Source: Catajapyx aquilonaris
Lineage: Eukaryota
Length of the DNA: 64,000 bases
NCBI GenBank assembly: GCA_000934665.2
Contig: JYFJ02000112.1
Location: 1-64,000, forward strand
Direction of reading: 5' to 3'
Shown: piece by piece, positions 1-14,600 of the stretch
How the letters are laid out: every line of letters starts with the position of its first letter
Position numbering within the stretch: the first letter of the stretch is position 1
Program-made: the position numbers and the translations under genes
Notes under the pieces: model-generated
What the model was told of the DNA's origin: nothing
Databases searched by the model: none
What the model saw: the letters and a program-made list of their open reading frames with translations, nothing else

Positions 1-2469
1 ATCGTCCGCGTGCTTGAGTAACTCCCAAACACTAAATTCACGCTAATCCAAACATAAATTATTGTTGACCATGAATTTCGCGATTTTGCCCACTGTGCGC
101 TAATGTGAAGAAGAATATTTAAATATATGCAATCCGGCCGTAAAGAGGACTTAATGTACTTCACTAGTTTTTTCTTCCGCTCCAAAGGATAAAATCTCTA
201 CGGATATTTTTAAGGTTCTAGAAAGCCAACTACTGCACAGCATGTCACTGATGCTATCTCCGCATTGTTAGCCCGACATTATGAGTGGTCGTGTTAATTC
301 ATTGCTGACATTTTGACAGCACAATGCTCCCCCGTTAAGTTCAGAATAATTAGTAGGTCACAACAACACAATCCGTGCTTTTGGCTATAATAGAGAAAGC
401 TATACATGACCTCTCTCTTTCAATACAAAGCTATACCCAACCTTACAGGAAATTCATTCTCTGATCTATTATTATGATGGAGACTGCGAGAATACCGCAA
501 TGGTCTGAAACCGATCTTTCGGGTAGGGTGGGAAGGTTGTCATTGGATCAATAGGACCTGCAAAAGCGAGGAGAAAGGAGACACACAGACCAGTAGGAAT
601 GCAAAAGCATATAATATCACAGCACGACAACTAAGCAACCCGAAACTTGTAGCCTTTCCAATACAGTTGGGGGGGGCTCGGTATAGCTTCCGGGCTTTTC
701 TTTCCACCCAACACGAAACCGGACTACGATGAATCCAATCAATATGCAAGGGAAACCGAGCACAATTTCTTATATTGGCTGGGTTTCGCACGCAAAAATA
801 GGAGAGACACTCTGTCGAACATTTGCTGCTACTGTATATGTGCACTGTATTTTGATCATGGAGTAATATTATTTGGACTTGTTTTTTCGCTCATTTTGAA
901 TTGCTTTTGTTTGCCTTTAGCTTAATTATGCGAATAAACTTTTAGCGTATTTTTATACTCAATAGGCGGAAAATTTATTGAGTTGATTTAATTGAGGTAA
1001 ATCTTCACTCAAGCTGAAAGCTAATACTGCAATTATTATGTTTGCCCCCCCAAAAATACCTCCAAGCTGTACATTGCTAGAGTCAACTGGTTGCAACAAT
1101 ATGGACAGCAGGATTTTTCAAAACGGGGCAAAAAAAATAAATGGGATTGACATGTAAATTACACCGATGCCATGTCGCTTATTGGAATTTCTCAGTTTAA
1201 AAGCGAATGGATAGGAAAACAAGACGCCAGTATCATTTTCGAGCGGAGTGGGGGAAACAGACTACTCGACAACATTGTCAACTTTGATGTCAATGTATGT
1301 GCCTGCCTTTCTCTGTGAGGGTTGGGTTATGAATTCCACCGTCTCCGGGGAAGCGGTGGAGGACTGCAAAACAAAGTGAATCAAAATGCACGGTGCCGCA
1401 GGTTCAGTTTCCGACCTGAAATAAAATCATCAGGGGGGCTGGTAACACAAAAACGTGCCAATCGTGCGCCCAAATTTATAGTTCAAGGCTGAAATGACTT
1501 CCCCCCCAAAAAATCCGCAAAACTCGAGCGTAACATGCGGTCTCCATCCATCTTGATATTTTTTTTTTCTGCAATACTCTCAAGCTCAGCCGGTGTGCAA
1601 ACCACAACACTGTTGTAGAAAAGTGGTTGGAAAGGACCCCCCCCCCCCTCCCATCTTGTACTTGCTTCTCTATCCTGGTCCTTCCAACCCAACCCACCGC
1701 AGGCATCGAGCCGAAAGAGCGGCGGGAGGGGGGGTGAATTTACCCTTTGTCTCTCAGAAACCTTGTGCTGTGCATTTGGCGGGAAACACATGTTTATCCT
1801 ATTTCCTGGGGGCCTGTCCTAAAACCTACGGCTCTTTTCCCTTCGCCCAACGTCTGATTTCCTTCGGGGCCTTGCATGATTTCCCTCCCTCTGAGAGAGA
1901 GGGAGAGAGAAGAGGAGTGTAAGGGGGGGCCTGATATCCACCCAGATGTTCCTCTTACCCACCCAACCCCCCCAAAAACCGACATGGTTCCCTTGGAAAC
2001 TGGAATCCCGACTTTACATTAACAGTGTTTCACCGCAGCCTACGGTGCCCAAGGTGTAGCTGTCTCTGTAGTCCTATTCACAATGCTTTAATGACTTGAG
2101 GGGGTTGGTTGGGGGGAGAGGGTCTGGTGCAAGTCCGAGGAATCAGGGTTGTTCATCAACTGCAAAGTAAGCAGGGGCAACAGCTACAATGGGAAGGGAG
2201 AGGGGGGGGGGGGGTTGAAATATTATCCTGGAATTATACGCAACATACCAGGCCATATTTTTGCACCTGATCTGCACTCCCAATTTTTACGGGTTTGGTG
2301 ACATGTGCGGGCTAATTAGTAATTACGGACGGGGTAAATTTTTCAGGCGATGGGCAGTTCCCGCTTAATTAATTTTTCAACATAGAGACTCGCCGGTAAC
2401 ATGGTCCATTAAATTGTAGATAACAGGCGTTGGCTAAAACCCCACGAAAATATGCGAAACAATTATGTA

Positions 2470-2630
2470 CAAAACTAGTTGCCAAAATTTGGCAACACTG
2501 CTTGGCCCACCTCCCAACTTGGACGTAGTACAATAGGCCACTACCATATGGCGCACAGGACACTCCTGCCACTCTCAAGGGGAAAGTAGTACTGCATGCA
2601 CGTTGGTGATGAGTCACTGCGCGGACAAAG
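2470..2630 (+). repeat. degenerate dispersed repeat related to 50542-50770
   Basis: Collinear shared blocks: AAACTAGT; TTGCCAAAATTTGGCAA (2479-2495 = 50558-50574); ACACTCCTGCCACT[C/T]TCAAG (2560-2579 vs 50711-50730); AGT.GTACTG; CGGACAAA. Confidence 0.65.
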
Positions 2631-5600
2631 TCCACCAGGGCGCTAATTGTTGAACCGGGAAAGTGTAAGATAACTACTACCTAGCCCTATAGGTGATTGT
2701 GAATTCTGTATAATATGGACCACCATTTCATTAAAAATATCACAACTATTTTGCATAAAATCTGATGGGGCCCATAAAACCGTAGCTCTGATGTATATGC
2801 TGAGTACAAGCTGGGCATCGTGTCGGAACCCAATGCATTTCGGATTACATACCCCTATCTCTAGTGGTTCTCTCTCTCTCCATCCATCCCAATACGCACA
2901 CAAATGCAAAAATGTTCCGATAACATTAGCTCCGAGCGAGTGATTGCATTCTGCTCTCCGATTCCGCACTGGGCTATGCATGAAGGCCATTATTGGAAAT
3001 TTCCAAACGCAACACTACTTATTGCCGGCGCAAATAAAGCTGCCCATTGGGTGAGGGGGCATTTGAAATTTTATGGGGACAATGCTGGGGGCATCCGATA
3101 ATAATTAGCGTCGCTTTTCAACTCCATTCATCCTTTTACTTTGTAACACCGTGCTAAGTGCAACAGGGACACTCTGAAACCATCCCTGCCCTTGCGACTC
3201 TGAAGCCCCCCCCCCCCCAATTAGTGCGATTATCAATTTCAACCCAAAAGTTTTCCATCAGATCTGTAATGAGGCGGGATACCTCTACCAGGATTCACTT
3301 TCATGCTAATTTTATGCCCACCTACATTTTCATGCAGCTCTAGTCACATGCAAAACGAGCATTCTCTGCAGGTTATTTACTCACGTAGAGTAATATGTAA
3401 TTAGTGTACTTGCAATCACTGTATGTGTACAATGGAGATCAATGGCACGAAAATCTTTTAAGACGCCATTTTGTTATTGATAGGTATGTGATTTCTTCCC
3501 CTGCCCTCGCAAACACTGGCCTTTGTCCTACACTGTGATTTATTAGAAGGTAGATGTCCGCATAAGAATCCACTCTCACCTTTCAGTCGACATGGTCAGA
3601 TTGGTAAAATCCGCTCAACCAGCAGTTTCTACCCTCCCAACCCTCCCAAATAAAAAAAAAACTCTGCAGATTCCCCTTTCCTCCCTCCCTTGCCCCCTCA
3701 CCAGAATGGCCTCTTAGAAGTCGCCATCTCTTCTCAAGTGATCGATCCCATGGAACCGCACGCAACTCGCCTGCTGATGAGTCGGCCAAGCTCCAAGGGG
3801 AGGGCTTAGTTCAGGGGAGCCGACATGATGAATTACCTTATGCTTCGTGGAGCTATGGTCGCCGCTGGGGCAATTAGAAAACCATTTGGGACCCACCCCA
3901 TCCCTACTCCCAGCACCCTTCGGAGGCTGCAGGACCAAGGATCTTTTCATGAGAACGGCCATCTTTGCAGGTTGGGATGTATACTCCCTATAGTATGCAA
4001 TATATCGACTTCAATATAATGTATGGGTAGGGGGATGATGGCTTTGCATTTATTGTCTACTATAAAATATTATGATTTTTTTCTCCCCTCGAGCACGTTA
4101 TGCATAACGTCCTTGAGCAACCTCTCAGTTGTAAGCAAGTCATCCTGGTCAGTATGCAACCGCACCCTTGTCTCATTGAGAGTATAACTTGCAGGCGCAC
4201 AGTGGGATACGAGTCCAAAGTACAGTACTGTATAGTACAGTGCCTGACACCACATCGTGTAGCATTCCCTCGGACATGGTTTGCCTTTCAGTGGACCACT
4301 TGCAAGTTAGTTAATCCTTTAAATGGAGTGAATGCGCGTCGTGCCATAGTCTACCGTTAATTCTGATGGAATTAAAGTGCAAAAAATATATAACGTTCTT
4401 GAAACACAGAGAACAACATGACGCAAATGCTTATTATTATTGTCTTTCACTTACTTGAAAACCATCCGCCGCCCAAATATTGCGTCCAATTCATCCCATG
4501 CAAATTGACCAAATGAGGTTAAATGAGATTTCTTTGTGCCCTTCCATATTCAAACGCGTATGCCCCTGCGGTAGTGAAACTATAAGGTGTAACAGTCCTC
4601 ATTACCCTGCACCTCGTCAATGGAAAGACAACAAAGTGAGAGGTTAATTAACATGCGATGTTCCACCTTTGTAACAATAACAGCAGCAACTACAGCGCAA
4701 GACAACGCTTATAAAGTACACAACGCTGTTAATACATCAGTGACCATCACCTCATAATGTTATATTAGCGTCACCATAAATTAGTGTTGATTTTGCCTTC
4801 GCTTTGAACCACACTGCACGCAATTAACTAATTAAGTTATAATAACAAGTTTTAACAGCAAGTTTCATATCAGAATAAGCATAATGTACCACAGTACTGC
4901 ACAAGCGAGACGATAGTAATAATATTGGATATGCCATTTTTTACTCGCTACTTTGCTGAGAAGGATTATGAACACAACCCATCGAAATTCGTTACACATA
5001 CTCGTAGATTCGGAAATCAACATCGTTACCTGGCAGATGACATGGGTGTGGCCTTATAACCACTGCTCTACCATTTCGCCTGAAGCAGATATTAATAATA
5101 CAGCATTACACCGCAGCTTTTCTAACGTTTACATTGCACACGCAGTATTAAAACCTACCTCCCTAGACTTCATCATCCTGAGCTTAAACAGCCCCTCGTA
5201 CCTTGCCAAATCCCACCAACGTGAACAGACCGCAACGAACCTATCCGCGGATATCCGCAAAACTGTAAATCCCAACTGCGGCGAAAATACACTGAGCAAA
5301 GCAAACTCCTGGAAAACACAAGCCAATACAACTTCTTTTTTTTCGTAGTTGCTGCTGGCCGTTGTTGCGAAAAAAAAACTGCTTGCCCCAGCAGCATCTT
5401 CAGGATTCGGGGGGAATATATGGAGACCGCGAGAGGCGAGCACGTATCAGATTGATTAGCTGTCAAAGTGCCTCCAGAAAATGGATTAATTCGACAAGGA
5501 TTGGCTCCCCGGCTCCTTCCTGCGGCGTTCCAGGCTCATTCCTCATGTCCGGTGGCGGATGCGAGAGCTTTTCTACCCGCAACAAGACATGCAAATTACC

Positions 5601-8600
5601 TCAAGAGGGGGGGGGGGGGGACCCAGCCAAGAAGACTGTCAGTATGCAAATTGTTACATTTGTGAGCTGGGTCCGACCTCTGAGGCATTATCATTGGAAT
5701 CGATTTACCTCCACCTCCTGGCAATAGGTGGGAATTTGGTCTGTCCAACGGCTCCCAGGTGGGCCACTACCTTTTATGTCTCGTGTTCAACAATACAGGG
5801 ACGTAAGTTCTCTGGATTTGATTTTTTTTTCGTTGGAGGCCGGAGTGGACAGCGTAGGATTTCATGTGTACATTCTCATTGCTGTTAGCATCGCAAATTA
5901 GGAATGTGTTCATCAGACTTAGCCAATGTTCCACATTTAAAATGTATTCTGCACACACGCACACTTCGGAAGTGACTTGGCTACACGTACCGTCCGAAAA
6001 AGTTGCCACTTGCCAACGACGAAGAAATGGGCCATTTAACTGACGTAAAAGCAAGCGATTTCCGCCACGATAACACAGCCTGCATCCAGGAGCACACACA
6101 CACTGGTGCGTGTACGTGCATGTGTCCGGCTTTAGAGGCATTATCGGCGAACACACGGTGGGATGCACATGAGTGTGGGGTCCTGGGGCTTTTGCGAAAC
6201 TGACGGACGCAAATTGTCCTGCTCGGGTGTTGTCGTTTTGTGGTCGGCTAGGTGGGTGGGTGGGTGGGTTGGGGTGACACCATAGATGACGACACACGCA
6301 CATTGTGTCGGAATTTTTGCATCCTTGTGCACGTGCCCCTCGCAGGCGGACTTCCGCTGACGTCAGTTACCTGCCATCCGGTGGACCCCCTCCATGTCCA
6401 TTTCCAGGCTGGACCCGGAGTTTAACCATTACTGCGATTATTTGGTGGTGTGGCCTAGCCCGGGGAATGAAGGGGGGGGGGCAGTGGTATGGGGGGGACT
6501 GGCCGAAGGTTTGCCCGTCTCCCCTGATTGCATTAGCCCCTCTAATTGAAATTTAAATACAATTTCGGGCATCAAAGCATCGGTGTTAAATGTGACGGTG
6601 CGAAACCCATCGGAAGTTGAACCCGGATTGGCAACTAAAGCCGTCAAGTGGAAAATGGAGCTGTGAATGTTATGAAATGCTAACTTCAAGCGAATTTTTA
6701 TACATCATTTACTTGCCTCTTCAGTGGCCTCTTTACCCGGTTTTTTTCCACAAACGGGAGTCGTTCGTGACAGAAACCAACGTTTCAATGGGATGCCGGA
6801 TGGGACGAATCAATATTATCAACATGGGAGTATTCAATTGCAGCATTTTCCAGCTTCTCACAGCACTTTTTTTTTCTTCTCACTCAACAGACACACTAAA
6901 CACGCCAATTAAATGGGGGTAAAAAAATCAAGCAAATTATGGCTTTAAGTTCAATTAAGTCGCTTATTCGCACGCTGGTCAAAAGTTTCATCCGTGCCGA
7001 GTAAGTAGCTGGAAGGATTAGCCGGGAGTGAATCGCATTTGCAGATAACCTTAAGCAAGCCGCGCCATTAAAAGGGCTTTCTAGTTAGCAATAATTTCTA
7101 ATTCAACCCGAGTTTAATTTCCATCCTAAATTTTCAAATTCATGCAAGAAAGAGAGAGAGAGAAAATTTTTGGGATATCTTCCCCATCTCATCGCGCGGG
7201 TTCGACCCAAATTTGCTTCGTTTATCTCCTCTCCGACGCGCCCCTATATAGGAATATATCCTCCTCTCTACCGAAAGGTTATTAATGAAGATCCGTTGTA
7301 GCGAACACACCCCGACATCTGGAGCTCCGGAAAGCGAGCCTAAACTCCGCCATGTCGGAATGATAATTCCCGCACTTGGGAGAGAGAGAGAGTCTTGGAA
7401 AGCGCCAGCGGGTGTGTCTCTCTTGATTTCCTCCCATCCAAACCCTCTCTCCCAATTCTCCCAAAATGCACACATGTGGCCTCCTTTTCCTCCCCCCAAG
7501 ATTTTGCTATTCCGACCCAGGTGTCGATGCGGAGGTCATCTTCGACGTGCCACCTGCAGTTTTGCGGCACACTTAAAATGCCAAAAAGGAGGCAGGCAAT
7601 TCTGAATGTAAATTAAGGGCTCTGGATGGTGTGGGGGGCCTTCCTAAATAATATCAGTTTGTCTACGAGGGTGGAAGACCATTAATGTCACCGCACCCGT
7701 TTGAAAGCCTTTTCCCCCTAGAAATCGCTTCTCTTTCAGTCAATAGCCCCCGGAAAAACCTTCCCCCCCTTTTTTTTCTAAGGAAGGATGACTTGAATAT
7801 CTAATGAGGTTCCCCCCCCCCCCCCCTTACAACTGTAGGGCATCTCAAAATCGACCTGGGTATAAACTGACCTTCTAGGGGTCATTTTTTGGGGTCCAGT
7901 CGAGGACCCTCGGGTGATAATTTCCTATTCATTGGACCATTAAGATTCTCCAGTGGCACTTTTGGAACACGTAATTGGTCATTAGGGGCAATTCTCATCT
8001 CAGTTTGCCATGGGTCATAAAGCCCTAAGGTGATGGGGTCTCAAGTCCATAAGGGTCAGCCACAAAGGGCTGTCTGTCCCTCTTCCATTCGCGTGCAAAC
8101 CGGGCTTTTGCAGCACTCTGCATAAGACAGGAAGGAATCCGGGAAGCTGAAAGCCCCTCTCGGGTATTTGCACGGATTTAGGCAAAAACCGGTTGTCGCC
8201 AGGAAAATATGTGGAAAATTCCACCGGTCACTCGATGACCCCTCAATTTCCCTAAAAATACAGCCTGGTCCAACAAAAAGGTAAAAAAAAGCATCCGATC
8301 ATTCACTGCAGACATTTATGGCACACCTTGTGGTTTCACGCCCTTTCAATAACCATTGTTCCGTGACCTCAGGTCTTATCTGAAAGCTTGAACTACACCG
8401 GCCAACCCCTAATCTCTCACCATATGCCAATTCCTGCCAATCTAGCATATCCCCATCCTGGTCCTTATTCTAGCGAGAGGTCCACTTCCTGACCCCCTCA
8501 CCATTTTGGCACCCACCAAAGCGTACATCCCCTAAAATGGGAGCCAAAAACCGCTCGTTCTCCATCTGCGGATGTGTCGCTCGATTGAGCGTCCATGGTC

Positions 8601-11600
8601 ATTTTCCTCCTTCATCTCAGCCACTGTGTTATTAAATCAATGAGAGCACCTGCTCCTTTTTTGAAAGGTCTCAAATCGTAGATGGGAGTTTAATAAAGTC
8701 GCGTAATTAATAGCAATGAACGGCTGTGTAGCCATCTATTATTATAATTAAGATTTCATGCTGTACTGTGCTGGAATATTACCTTCCATTCTTTTCTTAT
8801 ATGACATGTCGTTAACCTTTTCAATAATACCTGTCGCTTATGCGAGCCACAATAAATAATGACCCCAAAAAAGTAGTCTGGACAATGACGCCAGAACACT
8901 TGATGTATTGTTGTCATTCCTTAGCGTGACAGATGCTTGCAATGGTTGTCACAAGCATGCACAGCACGCGATGGACACCCTATATTGGATTGCGCGTTTT
9001 AGTGTTCCCCCCCCCCCTCTCCTATACCCAACTGCCAGTTGTTATTGTGTCCGAGCAAAATGCCGGTATTTTCAAAAGGATTACAACAAGGCAAAGCGAT
9101 GGCGGTGTACACATGCATTATCGCGCCTTTATGCCCCGCACCACGACAAAAATGGGTGATTAGCACGTGAGATGGAAATGGCGTAGCGTTAAGTAACAGC
9201 GATTAATGAGATCGATCGAGTCCTGTTGGGAGGGGAAGGCCGTTTGCCAATCGATTGCAGCCAAAGTCAGCAGACCGGAAAGGAAAGGCGTTAGCTTTCA
9301 TTTCTTAATTTCCGGCGAAGACGAGAGAGAGCAGGCTTGGAATTATCCTCCTGATAGACTCCCCAACGGTTCGCACATAGGAAGAAGAAGAAGAAAAAAA
9401 AATAGGGAGAAGAAACTCCAGATAATGACGACTTTTTTTTTCAGAACCTTAATATCCAAACGGGTCGCTCCAAAAATATTTCTGTCGTGTCATTAAGGAC
9501 GTCTAATCGATCCGGCACGTTATTTGCCAATAAATCTGTCACACTAAGAGAATATTTAGCATTCCTTCACATCCACCAAAAACTCGAGTCACATTTCTCC
9601 GAAGCTTTAAAAAAAAGGCAGCCGTTTTATACCCAGTAGAAAAACGCTCATTCCATGCTGCATAACCGAGGGGGGAAAAAAGAGGAACAGCCTGGACTAA
9701 TGTTCCTAAAGCACCCTCCTTCCAGATGAAGGCCATCTTCTTCGCTTCAACACTGCAATTAGACCTCCTCGGAGCTCTTCAGCATCACGATTTATACCTT
9801 TAATAATGATAACCCCCGCTCTTGTTTAACGTGTCGCATTTTCTTCCCTCCCCCCCCCTCTATTCTTAAGGGTTTTTTTTTCTACAGCAACTAGGGGAGA
9901 GTTTTCATTGTCGTGAGGACAGATGGGAGAAATGGCTGCCCAGATTGTTCCTTTGGCACAACTTCGCATCCCGTCGCCTCACACAGGGAGGGAAGCTTTA
10001 CCGATGGAGGATCGATTGGAAATGCGGTCAAGCGAAGGAATTTGCAATCAGGAGGCAGGGACCACAAGAAAAGGGTCCAGCACCTCCTACGATGGACATT
10101 CTGAGGAACGGTTCTGAAAATAGTCTCTCCAGTCCTTTCCACCCGACAGAGTGCGTGTGATGCTGTTTCACTCGAGTTTATCCGCAAGGCTTGAGAAAAC
10201 TTCTAAAGGACTTAAGTTCGAAATTAAGCTTCGTTTTTTTTTTTGTTAAATTGACTCTACTATATAGGGGGTGTGTTCGCTTCAAGCGTGCTGTTTTCTC
10301 TTGTAAAATTAAAAATTTAATGACGGGCACAACATGATCGGCTTAGTAAAAAGGTCTTGTTAGAGGTATCGGAATCAATACCGGTTTCAGTTTTCCTCTC
10401 CAGTCTCTCTTTAAATTATGCCACAAAAGAGATGGGGGATGCAACTTTTAAATAAATTATGGATTATTATACGTGCCGTATACTACTACGGCTGGAGCGG
10501 TATTTCCAATAAAATTATTAGAAATTCCGTGGCTTAGTTGATTGCATGCATGGAGCATTAGTAGGCCTATGATGGGAAATTGTTGCTTTAACAATCGCAA
10601 ATAAGCATGAGGTTCTCCTCTGTACGTGCCGATTTCATTTTTTATAACTCATTTATTGTTATAGCTTGCGGCGAGACTCTTACGTCTGATAGGTAAATGT
10701 CTAGAGGTTGTTGGTGATATCAGCACTTGCGACCTAAAAAGATGTGAAGTGTATATACATGTATAAATTAAGCAGCACAAGAGATAATTATTTTCATTAA
10801 TTTCCCAAACAAAAATCCGAACTATCCAAAAGCTCATTTTGTAAATCGCAATAGAAGGGACCATACATGAAAAATTTATTTAACCCAGTGTGAGTCAGGC
10901 TGTGGTCTTGTAGTACAGTCTAACGAGAATATAAGTAAGTTATTTTTAGTCAGTAAGCTATAGCCCTGGTATAACTGCCGTGAATGAAAACGTTCATGCA
11001 TGAGCAGCAGTAAAAGGAGGTTAAAAATAATATTACTCTTGCCACAGGCTATAACAGCTAAAATTAGTACTGTACTCATAAGGTAGTAGTAGCACTCGTT
11101 TGAAAAGCACAGTTGCGGAACAGTATTCTGCTGATTCAATAATCACTACATATTGTTTACTATTCTGATACACCGCTATAGTCTCAGCAAATAAGCAAAA
11201 AGTGAACAACTGTTCGTTTATATTATACAAATCCGAAATTAAAATAAGGGCTGGTACCAATTACGAGTGTTTAGAGCTCAGTGGCAAAAAAAAAATTTAA
11301 TAGTTTCTGCTTTTGATGGTCAGCATGGCTATTGAGAGTAGCCCCCCTCACTACCATACGATATACCCCCCTCTCTTACGTGAACACGAAATAAAAATTG
11401 TGCTAATTTGGAGCCCCGCACCGCTCATGCATGCATAACCACTCTCACCCCAGCTATAATATCGGCAATATCGCAGCCCCTCTCTAACCCATCCTGCTAA
11501 AAAAAACAGGAAAAAAAACACTGTTTCCTCTTTGCAATAACCCCCCACCACCCTGCCTACAGTATTCCGCCGAATTCATCAAACCTGGCCAACGATGTGG

Positions 11601-14600
11601 TGGGCAGGAAGGATCACACGTACAGAACGTGTGTGTGGGGCGATATCATGTGTGTGCACGCCGCACAGGGACCGAATACACTTCGGCCAGTTTTCCGAAT
11701 TTTCTGCACTATACTGCAATGCGCATTAAATTCTTGAATTTCGCGAATCTTCATGTCACAACAGCAACAGAAAAATCGTTTCTGAATGCACTGTAGGATC
11801 AAGTCATAATGCTGATATGTACATGTTCATCACTTCAAAAAAGAGAACAAGTTGCACTCCATAAAATGAAACAATAAAAAAATATCAACTGGCTCGAGAA
11901 GCTCTATCAACGAGAAAAAAGCGCCAGCCGTCGTTTTTTTTCTTCTTCTTTCTTTCTTTCCCGACGGCGTCCAAGAAAATTTGCGGCCCGTCTTTTATGC
12001 CCCCTCGACGCATTTAATAACCGGGCGGCTGGCCAATTCGTCCCTGAAACATACTGCCCTGACATCAGGTTAAAGGATTACGCCCCCCCCCGGAGGAAGA
12101 ATTTATGCCGGAGGAACCCCCCCTGTTCGCAAAAGCACCCGGGGAAAACCGTCCCGACCCGACCAACATGTTTCTCACTATGTACTTCCATTTATTATTT
12201 ACAATGGAAAGTTTCTGGCCATACCGAGCTGCCTGAACGGCCCAGGCGTTGTTACACTTTGGGGTCGGCCAATTTTGACATTAACCAGATATTTTAAAGG
12301 CCTCATGTGGCCAACGATTCCGGCAAAGTTGGCGATGAATGTTTGCAACGTACCAAGTAAGTACCCACTTTTCAGTGTTTAAAAAATAAGCTGTGTTCAG
12401 CAAACACACTGAAGTCATGCAAGGCTGTTTGCTCACATGTCACATGCGTTCATGCGGTGGCTGTTTGCTTGAAAAACGGTTACAAAAATCTTCACTGCTC
12501 ATTGTCATTACGGTACTAAATTACTCAAATTATATTCAAAAAATTACTTTCAGGACTACAAAATATTAGCTGCTGTGCCTGCTAATAGTACTTTGAATTG
12601 GGCTCTCTCTTTGAAACAGCTGCTTTGCAGAGGAGTCTCGCCTGCAAAAAATGGGTTCAATCCTTGACCTCAGATGCCATTGAGTTCCAAGTGGGTCATT
12701 CCAACAGTTTCGTCCGGCTCCAAAACGCAATGAATTCATGGCCTGAAGGGATGATTCCACTCAACCTAACATGAGGTGATATTTACAAGAGACCCTGCAA
12801 AAGTAACGGAAAATGATTCCAGAATTTCAATTCAAAATTGATGATATTTTGATCGCAACTCTCTCGACTAACACTGGCAACATATCAGCCAGGAGCAAGA
12901 AGTCCTAACCTCGTGGGAAAAAAGTCGATACACCCCGACTCCTTAAAAGTCAAGCAATATGAAAATTAAGGTCATTAAAAGAGTTATCGACGTTCTCCCT
13001 CTCCGGGCACACGTCGGCGCAAGACCCGGAGACCAACGCCCTTCCTCCAGTGCACCTATACATATCCGGATATGCACCGGAAAAATGCGGCATGAATAAT
13101 TACGAATCCTAGTCTGCCAATGAAAGTCTGGGAAGGGAAAAAGAACCGTATAAGGAAGCCTAATGTCACAGAATAAAGTTGGTTACCTCCATCCATTTAT
13201 TAATGGTGTCGAGGCGTTTGCCATCTTTATGGACCTCTTACTCATCTCCAATGATCGAAGCTGTTCCCCCCAAAAGTGCCACAAAGAATATTAAATGGAC
13301 AAGTCGCAAAAAGAATACGGCCGGTACTAAGTCCAGGGTTATTACAGACCACCTCCCCTATTACAGCTATAGTAAACAAGAGGGCGAAATTTACCTTTTG
13401 GAGCTCAACCAGACGAGTCGTCTTCTTGCTGATTTCCCATATCTGAACTCCGAACTTCACGGCCCAATTCTCCACTCTGAAAGGGACCAAAAAGGAAGAT
13501 AGCGTCAGTTTCAGGCCCATTCTGGCAGTAGGCAGTTGGTGTGCAATCAGCTTCCTGCCAATAGAACAAAGTGATCCCGCAGATGAGATCGTAATCCTCT
13601 CCCTCTCCGCAGAAGCAATAGAACGGCCTTACTAATCAGGACTGCAAATCCTTCAACGAGTACAAATGATGGAGGCCAAGCGAAGCCTCCCTTTTATCTC
13701 GGGATGTGACATCGAATCAACTGCAGACGGCGGTGGTGATGTGCGCCACGGTAATTGACACCTGCAGTATGTCACTGAACTGCGGCCGTTCAATACTATA
13801 AGCAGTGCGTCATAAGCTCTCGTAGCAGCATGCAGCCCAGATTAGGGCCTTTCATAATAATAATTGTATGACTGCAAGTGCCATGTGAAAAGTGTTTTTT
13901 TTTACAGAATGAATTGCATATGGTGTCAAAACTACAGTAAATAATTATTCGTTTTATACTCTCTCACGTTCTCATAATTATGAAACATATAGCTACTTTT
14001 CAGGGAAATTATTAATTTATAATACAACACCTACAGTATGCAAACACTCATTAGCAGCACAGCAGCAGTGTAAACTGATGAGATGCAACATAGCTCAACA
14101 AAAATGCATGCCAACAAGAGAGTGTAAAGACCAGGTACTGTAGAGGTGTTTCTGTATACACAAACACCTGCATGAGCTTTAGGTAATGCGGCTGTTATTA
14201 GTGGCACATACAGGTGAGCGACACTGCCTACGTACTGTACAAGTGCTACCAACATTTTATATCTACAGAAACATGATGTTTCTTAAAGACACAGCGGGGG
14301 CTAAAATATTATGAAAAATCGCTCCAAAAAGGTGAACACGAATGTGTGGCTCTAATTTTCCCTGTTGATTTAAGGTGTGGTGTGTCGTGGAGTGGAGCTA
14401 TTGCCAGTTGAAGCCAATTTATTCTGATGTAGCCGACGCTTTTGTTAGCGGGAGCCCGCTTTTAGTATCCATTTGCCGAAATGAGTTAACTTCGTCTCCC
14501 TCGGGCATCATCTTCCATCAGATAACGTCTCCTAATTTAGAAGAATTCATCTTCCTTAAGAGGCCGTATAACCCGGGAAGGAATGTCCATTGTAACTATT

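Noticed and set aside
1260..1420. Minus-strand acceptor plus frame reading ...PETVEFITQPS... as exon 2 of the signal-peptide gene
   Set aside because: No good donor before the stop and no recognisable domain, so it is likely chance.
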